Assembly (NCBI GenBank): GCA_951406725.2
Contig: OX597814.1
Location: 28,706,001-28,770,000 of the forward strand
Length of the DNA: 64,000 bases
Direction: 5' to 3'
Source of the DNA: Octopus vulgaris
Lineage: Eukaryota
Below are positions 51,470 to 64,000 of the stretch, piece after piece. The notes beneath the pieces are model-generated. The model searched no databases. It saw only the letters and a program-made list of their open reading frames with translations, and was not told the origin of the DNA. Each line of letters starts with the position of its first letter. Position 1 is the first letter of the stretch. A program made the position numbers and the translations under genes.

Positions 51470-51589
51470 GAACCTACACATATGTTTCTGTCAAAACTAA
51501 TAAGCATATAGGAGTTTCCAAACATGTTGTTTAATGTCAAGAAAATTGCCACATTTGTCTTATTTAATGATTGGACTTCTGCAAGGTTC
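51470..51589 (-). ncRNA. Type I hammerhead, degenerate core, long stem II
   Basis: Minus strand GAACC TTGCAGA AGTC...GAC A GAAA CATATGTG TA GGTTC; the mirror arm keeps GAACC CTGAAGA AGTC at 52253-52268. Confidence 0.65.
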
Positions 51590-52268
51590 AAAAAGAACTA
51601 ACTCCACTTAGGTAATCCTTATATCTTTTTGAAGGAAGTGTGTAGCGATAGCTGGTTAAAGTTAAAAGATATGTTTAGAGATTCTATTTGATTGGTAGGG
51701 TTTTAATATTTGTAGATATACTATATTCATATATGAAATATTATAATTAGTAAACAGATAAACGAATAGAAAAATAAAAATATAAAAAATAAATAAATTT
51801 AATAATAGAAGAAGCTAAATTCTATGGATGATTCTTATTGGATTTGTGAGAGATACATATGTTGCTATGATTTAAGATGGATAGAAATTTGAAAAAAAGC
51901 CGTTGTAATGCTAGACCATTTGGGGCTTACTTATCGACGGCTTTCTTCAAATTTCTATCCATCTTAAATCATAACAACATGTATCTCTCACTAATCCAAT
52001 AAGAATCATCCATAGAATTTAGCTTCTTGTATTAAATTTATTTATCTATTTATTTTTTATTTTTCTATTTTTCTATTCTTATTTTTCTATTCATTTGTTT
52101 AGTAATTATAATATTTTGTATATGTATATAGTATATCTACAAATATTAAAAACCTACCAATCAAATAGAATCTTTACACATTTTTTAACTCTAACATGAT
52201 ATTGCTACACGCTTCCTTCAAAAAGATATAATGATTACCTAAAGTTAATTGTGAACCCTGAAGAAGTC
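51574..52268. repeat. Long fold-back inverted repeat (about 330-bp arms)
   Basis: About 51574-51905 versus 51935-52268. Confidence 0.88.
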
Positions 52269-52318
52269 GTATATGTATATATATATGTTTGAATTATTTT
52301 GCTTAGCTCTTTTCTATT

Positions 52319-52354
<36 letters not shown>

Positions 52355-52355
52355 A

Positions 52356-52417
<62 letters not shown>

Positions 52418-52742
52418 CTTTTATTCTTTTACCTACTTCAGGTCATTTGACTACGGCCCTGCTGGAACACTGCCCTTTTTTAGTCGAAGAAATCGACCTC
52501 GGGACTTATTCTTTGTGAGCTTGGTACTTATTCTATCGGTGTCTTATGCCGAACCGCTAAGTTATGGAGCATTAACACACCAAAATTGATTGTCAACCTA
52601 TGGTGGTGGGAATCAAACACAAACACTGACACACACAGACACACACACACACACACACATACACACACACACACATATATATATTGATTGTCAAATTGAT
52701 TGTCAACCTATGGTGGTGGGGACAAACACAAACACAGACATA

Positions 52743-52800
<58 letters not shown>

Positions 52801-53463
52801 TGTGTTTGTGTTTGTCCCCACCACCATAGGTTGATAGATAGATAGATAGATAAAATAGAAAAGAGCTAAGCGAAATAATTCAAACTGACTGTGAAATCAA
52901 GTTACAAATACAGGTATATCAGATACCATACAATGTAACTTTTGATATGTTAACATTATCTCTGCCTCCGTATCATAATTAGCAAATGGCAATTATGACC
53001 AGCTCCACCCGAGAAGGGGAGATAATCTCTAAAATATAAGAAATTCTCCACAACTGACATGTCATGAAAGAGGAGGACAAGGTAATTATCTGTAGAGAAA
53101 TGGACGGAGTTTATGGCTGTGTAGCGATGATTACCACGATTATCTCCAGTAGGCAACGGACTTATTCTCATACAAAATGGAGTGGAAAACATTTAGAGCC
53201 TACGTAATTTGTATACTTTAATAAAAAATGAGCTAAGCGAGGTTGAATCGTGCCCCAGCTTGTTCCCAGCTAACACTACTCTTGCTAGCAAAGATAAAGC
53301 ACAACTCTACATACTTACACACATACAAATGTATATATAATGAGTATAGGTGTTAGTGTGGTGTGTGTGTGTGTATTTTAGTAGCATAGTATAAGCTATG
53401 CTTCTGTGAGCATATGAAAAAATTTGAAGTACTATTTGAATTTGTATTTCTTTTTCTATATAT

Positions 53464-53636
53464 AGGCGCAGGAGTGGCTGTGTGGTAAGTAGCTTGCTAA
53501 CCAACCGCATGGTTGCGGGTTCAGTCCCACTGCGTGGCATCTTGGGCAAGTGTCTTCTGCTATAGCTCCGGGCCGACCAATGCCTTGTGAGTGGATTTGG
53601 TAGACGGAAACTGAAAGAAGCCTGTCGTATATATGC

Positions 53637-53668
<32 letters not shown>

Positions 53669-53879
53669 TTGTGTATCTGTGTTTGTCCCCCTAGCATTGC
53701 TTGACAACCGATGCTGATGTGTTTACGTCCCCGTCACTTAGCAGTTGGGCAAAAGAGGGTCCGATAGAATAAGTACTGGGCTTACAAAGAATAAGTCCCG
53801 GGGTCGATTTGCTCGACTAAGGCGGTAGTCCAGCATGGCCGCAGTCAAATGACTGAAACAAGTAAAAGAGTAAAAGAGT
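53464..53879 (+). mobile_element. SINE family A, full length
   Basis: Similarity to other copies. Confidence 0.93.
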
Positions 53880-54299
53880 ATACGTTAAAGCTTTACAGCT
53901 AATGAAAAGGGCTTGAGTAAATTATAGTCCAACTAATTAGGTCCATAAAGAGTGAGGCTTCTCCTTAGTACTCCTTTGCCATGAGGCAAAGGTCAGAGTT
54001 TTCCCCAGAGATGTAAAATTATTTATGATACACATATTCCTATTTTGAACTGTTCTTGTCGCTCAAAATGAATTTTAATTCAGCATGCTGGATAACTGCG
54101 TTATCATTGACTTTTCAATCACTGTTATACACGCACGCATGTATGTATGTATGTATGTATGTATGTATGTATGTATGTATGTATGTATGTATGTATGTAT
54201 GTATGTATGTATGTATGTATGCATGTATGTATGTATGTATGTATGTATGTATGTATGTATGTATGTATGTATGTATGTATGTAGGCATGTAGGCATGTA

Positions 54300-54608
54300 T
54301 GACTGCGGCCATGCTGGAGCACCGCCTTTAGTCGAGCAACTCGACCCCAAGACTTATTCTTTGTAAGCCCAATACTTATTCTATCGGTCTCTTTTGCCGA
54401 ACCGCTAAGTGACGGGGACGTAAACACACCAGCATCGGTTGTCAAGCAATGCTAGGGGGACAAACACAGACCCACAAACATATACACACACTTATATATA
54501 TATATACATATATACGACAGGCTTCTTTCAGTTTCCGTCTACCAAATCCACTCACAGGCATTGGTCGACCCGGGGCTACAGCAGAAGACACTTGCCCAAG
54601 ATGCCACG
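54300..54608 (-). mobile_element. SINE family A, internal fragment between (TATG)n tracts
   Basis: Similarity to other copies. Confidence 0.88.
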
Positions 54609-54790
54609 TATGTATGTTTGTATGTATGTGTGTATGTATGTATGTATGTATGTGTGTGTGTATGTGTGTGTTATGTATTTATGTATGTATATCCGTTTGC
54701 TGCTTTGTTGTGTTACTGTTTAGTTTTAGGAACTATATATATATCAGTAGCGACTGAATTTGTCTTAACATGCGACCGTAAGAGAATACT

Positions 54791-54833
54791 TACAACTGAC
54801 GAAGCGCAAAGAGATAGAAATACGTATTTAGCA
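54791..54833 (+). ncRNA. Degenerate minimal hammerhead
   Basis: CTGACGA A GCGCAAAGAGATA GAAA TACGTA TT; palindromic ATACGTAT, stems I and II decayed. Confidence 0.45.
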
Positions 54834-55380
54834 ATGCTATTACCGTTGCTGGACGATTTTAGTTTGCTACTGGTATATTTTTGTGTTTTTTAACACTCTA
54901 CGTCTATAAGAGAAACTTTCTTGGGACAAATACTGCAGGTTAGAAGGCTTTCAATATTAAATATACTTTAAGTTTGATAGGTTATAAATTCTAAATTATA
55001 TTCACTTTTCTTTGGGATTCGTTACAAATATTGCTAAAGTTTTACTCTCTTTCTCTCTTCAGCAGGAAAGAAAGTCCAATTAAGTGAGCCTTTTTGCATA
55101 TTTTATTTAGTATACCAGTCCTTAAATTTTTTTTTATCCAGATTCATGCTACACTTGAGTTATTTCGCTTACTTTTTAATTTTTAAAATGAAAATATACT
55201 GGGACAAACTGTACTTAGATTAAATTATTTCACAACGAAATAATTATGTCAACAATCAATACTTATCAAACATGATAGGAGTGCTGGTGTTTGTAACTTT
55301 ATTCACAGAAGTTAGAACAGTACACATGTACCAATAGATGAAAATCTCCCCATGAACACACATGCGTGAATGACAATATA

Positions 55381-55515
55381 TATTTCTTTACTAGCCACAA
55401 GGGGCTAAACATAGAGAGAACAAACAAGGACAGACAAACGGATTAAGTTGATTACATCGACCCCAGTGCGAAAATGGTACTTTATTTATCGACCCCGAAA
55501 GGATGAAAGGCAAAG
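55381..55515 (-). mobile_element. SINE family B, 5' truncated
   Basis: Similarity to other copies. Confidence 0.85.
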
Positions 55516-55740
55516 TTCCTGGCTTTGAGGGTATCGCGAAAAGCCTGGTTGAAGGCCCAACATTCCGAGTTCTTCTACACGGATTAGGTAAACTGAAGGA
55601 CCGCTGCAATAAGTGAGTGAATCTTGGAATCTTGGAATATGTTGAATAAAATCATAACTAATCTTCTTGTATTTTTTTAATATATAGATATATATACATG
55701 AATACATATACACACATGCATATATATAAATACACACACG

Positions 55741-55784
<44 letters not shown>

Positions 55785-56299
55785 CATGCATGTATGTATA
55801 CATATATATATATATATACATACATACATACATACATACATACATACATACATAAACATTATAATATATATGTATGTGTATATATATATATATTCCTACA
55901 CACACACATGCGAGAAGCGATCGCACAGTATAAGTCTCTGAGAAGGGATTGCACATTGTATGCCTGGGAAAAGTGGGGTGTTCAATGCAGGTCCTGGAGA
56001 ATAGATCGTACGCAGTAGGGTTGGGAGAAGAGTTACAGATTTTAAGGCTCACCCACGATGCTGAATATCTTGGCATCGGCCCAGCTTATATGATGTATCA
56101 GAAATCCATTCCTTCCATTTTATTTGTTCAGTTTACAATTATGGTGTAGCTCCAAATAATTTATTATTATTTGTTGAGCACTTTCCATTATGTTATACTT
56201 CGTTGAAAATTGTTAATACATAGGCGCTTTTCTTCATATTAATCACTTTGCTTATATACATTCACTCATAAAAGCATGCGCGTGTCTGTGTGTGTCTAT

Positions 56300-56361
<62 letters not shown>

Positions 56362-57149
56362 TTGTGTGTGCGAGTGTCCGCCTTCTTACGACATGCATCC
56401 CTTTCTCTCAGCTCCCCGATGAGCACACCTTCTCCCAACTCTAATAAAATCTGCGATCCATTCTCATAGCCCCACAATGTTCCATCCCTTCTGCCAACCC
56501 AAGAGTGTGCGACTTTTTTCCCTGCCCCAAAATGTACCCATTTCTCCCTGCTCTACAATAACTGTTCCCTTTCTCCCAACAACCTGCGTCCCTTTTAAAC
56601 ATTTTCTTTTTCGACAACTTCCTCCAACAATTACCTTTTTTTATTCAAATAAAAAAATGCTGTTGAGAAAGTAAAAATGAATTTTTGCATAAGAAATCTA
56701 AGGTATTGTCATGCATATCACAGAGTAAATTTGTTATCTGCCAAAATTTAAATGTTTCACGCTAAATCATGTGTCGGGTCACAACACCGCATAACCTTTT
56801 CTTCTAACCCACCCGCCTCTTCGCAATTCTCCGTCCTCCTCAGTACAGAGAATGACATGTCTTGCTCACCTTATTACTGAGATTTGGTGTTTTTAGTTGG
56901 ATTAAGAAATTTTGTTGAAATTATTATCAGCACGCAAGCAACGAGAATCAAACAATGATGTGTAATCATTACTAAGTCGTTCCAATAGAGTTTGACGTGA
57001 ATATGCTTTTCTCAAAAGATGGAGTCCAACAGCGAAAAGCTTATTCACATCTAATTAGGAAAGCGGAAAACTCATTACAGTTGGCTGTGTTCTCAGATTT
57101 GGACCAAATATCTTCTATCTTTTACTTGTTTCAGTCACCGAACTGCTAT

Positions 57150-57427
57150 GTTAGTTAGTTAGTTAGTTAGTTAATTTGGCTCAAAAGCAAATAGCAAGGC
57201 CATGTAGGGGGACATGGAGTTAAGTACAGGGTGGTGTTCATGTAAAGAGTTCAGGCCACTTGAGGTCAAGGGAGACTTTGAACAAAGCGGTCGTCGGCAT
57301 CTTCACCATCTCGTCTGGCAGCTTGTTCCACGGATCCGCAACCCGGACGGAGAAAGCTCCTCTCCTTCGATTAAGATGAAATCGTCGCAGGTAGAGCTTT
57401 TCGGAATGACCCCGCAGCCGACGCTCT
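57150..57427 (-). pseudogene. 3' end of CR1-type LINE with (TAAC)n tail, nested in a SINE A remnant
   Basis: Minus strand ERRLRGHSEKLYLRRFHLNRRRGAFSVRVADPWNKLPDEMV..FKVSLD..FT*. Confidence 0.88.
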
Positions 57428-57679
57428 AATCACTATCAGTTCAATCGGCCCAAGTACTTGGTTTTAAGTCTGGTACTACTTCCATCGGTCTCTTTTATCG
57501 AACTGCTAGTTTAAAGGGACGTAAAGGAACTTATACCAGTTGTCAAGTACTTGAGGGAGATAAACACAAACACACACGCACACGCACACGCGCGTGCACA
57601 CATTCATATATATATGCGTCGGGCTTCCACACAGTCTTCATCTAACAAACTACCACGACAAATATTTGATCCATGGTTT

Positions 57680-57945
57680 ATCCATTACGATGGTGAGCGT
57701 TTCAGTTGACTTGATCAACGCAACAGCCTGCCCGCGAAATTAAGGTGCAAGTGGCAGAGCACTTCAGCATGACAAGGTATGAAAAGGTTGGCCCTTTGAA
57801 TTACAGGTAATACTCAGTTTTGCCAGCTGAGTGGACTGGAATAATTTGAAATAAAGTGACTTACTTTAACACGCCGCCGGAAATTGAACTCATGAGTGAT
57901 GAGCGTAAGCCGAATACACCTAATCACTAAGCCACGCTCCTACAC
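57680..57945 (-). mobile_element. Chimeric old SINE: family D head and body with family C tail
   Basis: ccagtccactcagctggcaaaa (D) followed by tacctgtaattcaaagggcc..gccacttgcac..ggctgttgcgttgatc (C). Confidence 0.75.
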
Positions 57946-57969
57946 CATCTGAGTGTATATCTACATCTA

Positions 57970-58042
<73 letters not shown>

Positions 58043-58307
58043 CTATATATATATATATAGAGAGAGAGAGGGAGAGATAAATGGATAGATAGATAGATAG
58101 AGAGAGAGAGAGAAAGACTAAGAGACAGAGAGAGAAAGAGGGGCTTGTGCACTGAATACCTTACGCGATAAATTCCATTTTTCTCAAAATTTGCTTAAAG
58201 GTCTAGTCAGGATAGTTAAACAAAAACCGGGCGGTGTCTGCAACTCTGAATAGGAAGGGAACATAATTTCAGGAAATGAAAAATAATTTTCAGTTCACAC
58301 ACACACA

Positions 58308-58355
<48 letters not shown>

Positions 58356-58366
58356 AGAAATATATA

Positions 58367-59586
58367 CACAGACATGACAGAAGTAAATAGACGCTCCATA
58401 AAACATGTTTATTTTAACTTGAAAAAGTTTATATTTCTTATTAATGGACATTTTTATGTTTCAAGTTCTATATGTGACTTGTTTAATCATGCCACGTACA
58501 AGAGAAGCCTTGGAGCTGTCCAAATTTCAAAGAGGCCGTTTTGTGGGTCAATTTGAAGGTGGACTTAGCGTAAAATCGCAGAAAAACTTAGGATCGCGCT
58601 TTCAACAGTTAATAGACTGATTGTGTAATTCACCAGAGTGGAGAAGGAGTCCACACCACCTTACCCTGGCCAACCAGGGCCCTCTGACAGGACCCTATGC
58701 TTTGTTAAGTGAAGTGTGGAAGATAATCCTCATTGCAAAGCCTCAGACACAGCAGAACAAGTTGATGTCAGTCCCAGAACAGCTGTCAGGTAACTCAAGA
58801 AACTTGGCTACTGTGGCAGAGCAGCAAGAAGGAAGCCACTTCTTTAACCAGCAAATATCAAGTGGAGAAAAGACTGACCCAGTGAGATGATGGAATGATC
58901 GCCAGAATTTTGGGACACTATCATATTCTCTGATGAGTCCAGATTTGTTGTATTTTCTGACAGTGGTCGAGTGTGGGTATGGAAACTTTGTGATAAAGAA
59001 TTTGACATGAAAAGGTTGCTGCCAACAATGAAACAAGGCAGCTATTCTGTCACGGTCTGGAGAGCAATTTGGAGCAATGGTCAATCAGAGCTGGTGGAGG
59101 ATGAGAGAAACATAAACTCAGATAAATATGTGTCCATATTGCAGAAAAGGCTCCTTCCAATCTTCTCCAATGGTGAAATGGTTAAAGAAGACTATTTATG
59201 GAAGATGGGGTTCCTTGTCACACGGCTAAAAATACCCAAGATTAGTTGGAAAAGAATTGCATTAAAAAGCTTCCATGGCCAAGTCACTCACTAGATATGA
59301 ACCCTATTGAACACCTCTGGGACATAATGGACAGGACACTCCGTAAAAAGAACAAGAAAGCATCTTCAAAGCCAGATCTTTTGAGATTACTGCATGATAC
59401 TTGACAAGAAATTCCCCAAGAGAATATTCACCTTATAGGATCCTTGCATTGAAAAATGCAAAGGGCATGTCTACTAAATATAAGATATTCACATTATAAT
59501 AATTAATAAATAATTTAAATATATAATTTCAGAATTAAATACATTTCAATAATTATAAGTGAGTATATTTACTTCTGTCATGTGTG
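58367..59586 (+). mobile_element. Tc1-family DNA transposon with decayed transposase (about 58489-59483)
   Basis: TIR catgacagaagtaaata(g/t)ac at both ends with TA flanks; motifs IIFSDESRF, FMEDGVPCH, WPSHSLDMNPIEHLW; stops and frameshifts. Confidence 0.92.
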
Positions 59587-59705
59587 TATGTGTATGTGTG
59601 TGTGTGTATAGACAGACAGACAGACAGGCAGGCAGATAGATAGCAAGATTGCTAGCTAGCTAACTACCAAGCTAGATAGATAGATAGTTAGATATGGCCG
59701 GTCCA

Positions 59706-59768
59706 TGGGGTTACCCTGGGTTTCACGTCCATAAAGCGCATAGCTTTACAGCGTTTCTTTAGATCCTA
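59706..59768 (-). ncRNA. Type I hammerhead, degenerate core
   Basis: Minus strand TAGGAT CTAAAGA A ACG CTGTAAAGC TATGC GCTTTATGG A CGT GAAA CCCAGGG TA ACCCCA. Confidence 0.62.
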
Positions 59769-59783
59769 AAACCCGTTGGCCAG

Positions 59784-59818
<35 letters not shown>

Positions 59819-60159
59819 AAAAAAAAAGAAATATAACATGTGACTTCATTGACCGAGGTTACCGTTATTCTTTTCCGTAGGTTTTTCTTTCCACAGGTAA
59901 ACCTCACCTGTCCTTCCCTTTACACTTCATATTGACATTTCTGTGATAACGATCCCTATTGATCCAATTTTTTTCCTTTCCCTTCCTCCCCGTTTTTTTA
60001 AAAATTTTATTTTATCCCCCCCTTTTTTGTCCTCTTTCTTTCCATTTACGATCCCTTTTGATCGAAAACCAAACCCCCTTCTTTTACCCCCAAAAGAAAA
60101 GCTCTACCTTGTAATTTTGTCCTGTCTGTGTGCAGCCCTGTGTGGCTAATAAAGAAACA

Positions 60160-62395
<2,236 letters not shown>

Positions 62396-62749
62396 TACAG
62401 GCACACCCTCATACACACATACGTTCTAACAATATACACCTCTGACCTAAATCCTTACAATATCTTACTGTATTTAACTATCTATTATTAACATTGAAGA
62501 CTGTGTACTTGGATACGTTTTCGTTTGTCCCACATTTCTCGCAATAACGCTTGTTCATTCATCTCTTCTTCTTTAACTCTCGCCAGGTCGATTAAACCAA
62601 CGTTTTACAGGGTTTTTGATGCAACATTCGACCAGTAATCTTTCTTATTATAACACAGACGAGTGATCTTTAGAAGATGAAAAGTAGAATTTTTTTTTTT
62701 ATTCCAGAATATTCTAGCGGCATTGCAAATAAGTTTCCCGAATGTGAAC

Positions 62750-62962
62750 AAAGCAAACCAATTGTCAAGCGGTGGGTAGGACAAACACAAAGACCATCCC
62801 ACTACATACACACACACAGAGTTTCCTTACCAAATTCACTCACAGTGAATTGATCGGTTCGTAGCTGCAATAGAAAACACTTGCCCAAGGTACTGAGCAG
62901 TGGGGCTGAACTAAAAATCACGTTGTCGCAAAGCGTGCTTGCTAACTACTACATGCCTGCGC
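62750..62962 (-). mobile_element. Old SINE family A 5' half
   Basis: aacacttgcccaagg..gcagtggggctgaac similarity. Confidence 0.72.
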
Positions 62963-63028
62963 ATGTATTACAGGAAGCATTTATGAAGAGAAGTGTGTTG
63001 TGTTACTTGAAAAGTATAACGTTTTTAA

Positions 63029-63444
63029 GGTGGGCGAGCTGGTAGAAACGTTAGCACACCGGGCGAAATGCTTGGCGGTATTTCGTCTGCCGTTACGTTC
63101 TGAGTTCAAATTTCGCCGAGGTCGACTTTGCCTTTCATCCTTTCGGGGTCGATTAAATAAGTACCAGTTACGCACTGGGGTCGATGTAATCGACTTAATA
63201 CCTATGTCTGTGCTTGTTTGTCCCCTCTGTGTTTAACCCCTTGTGGGTAATAAAGAAATAGGTATTTCGTCTGCCGTTACGTTCTGAGTTCAAATTTCGC
63301 CGAGGTCGACTTTGCCTTTCATCCTTTCGGGGTCGATTAAATAAGTACCAGTTACGCACTAGGTCGGTATAATCGACTTAATCCGTTTGTCTGTCCTTGT
63401 TTGTTCCTTCTGTGTTTAGCCCCTTGTGGGTAGTAAAGAAATAG
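63029..63444 (+). mobile_element. SINE family B dimer inside one 15-bp TSD
   Basis: TSD gtataacgtttttaa at 63014-63028 and 63445-63459; junction aaagaaata|ggtatttcgtc at about 63260. Confidence 0.92.
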
Positions 63445-64000
63445 GTATAACGTTTTTAAAAACCCAGCGATTTGGTGTTTTGTATTCGTTATTGACAGAG
63501 ATGTGTAAGCTATATATTAATGTTTCGTAGATAGCTGAAGATGCTCGTATATTTACAATGACTACAACTAAAGTTTTTAAAATACAACCGAGGTGGTAGG
63601 CAATTAAAAATGCTAGAATACTTTAAACGGCTATATGTAAAATATTTGAAATGAAGGTGGCATAAATTCACGCTAAAAGGAAAAAAAATGCTAGTTTCAG
63701 AGTAATTTGACTTGATCGAATTAATCTTAGATTTATATCATTTTTTAAAAATCGTTTGTGATGACTAGATGCTAGGGTTTATAATCAGTTCAAAATATTT
63801 AAGAATTTTGAATGTTTTGTGCGAATATACTTGAGGAGTCTTAGAAATATTTTCATAACTTCCAATTGCATCATCCTTTGGTTTCTTTTGTTTCTTTTTT
63901 ATATAATTTTTAGTATAAAAGTTAGCCAAGGAAAGTATCTGCAGTTTTAAATTATATATTACTGTTATAATGAATATAAATTTTAATAGCACCTTATCAT

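Overview
AT-rich, microsatellite-saturated eukaryotic non-coding DNA, very probably from an octopus or other coleoid cephalopod (inferred from the SINE families and repeat texture). No host protein-coding exon can be supported, and nearly all listed ORFs are translations of microsatellites or SINEs. The window holds four tRNA-derived SINE families (A: CORE-like with an internal microsatellite; B: Meta-domain-like; C and D: CORE-like, with tail swaps), five LINE fragments, a decayed Tc1 element, a hAT MITE and a non-autonomous Helitron. The main unexplained signal is about 18 complete or near-complete minimal type I hammerhead ribozyme (HHR) motifs plus several half-motifs, found by eye. They belong to many unrelated sequence families, have palindromic stem III, and sit in ORF-less inverted-repeat or terminally redundant units embedded in (TA)n tracts, consistent with non-autonomous Penelope-like/retrozyme-type RNA elements. 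Also notable are SINE-B multimers with a recurrent fixed junction inside a single TSD, and several locally templated inverted insertions. Coordinates were read by eye and may be off by a few bases.
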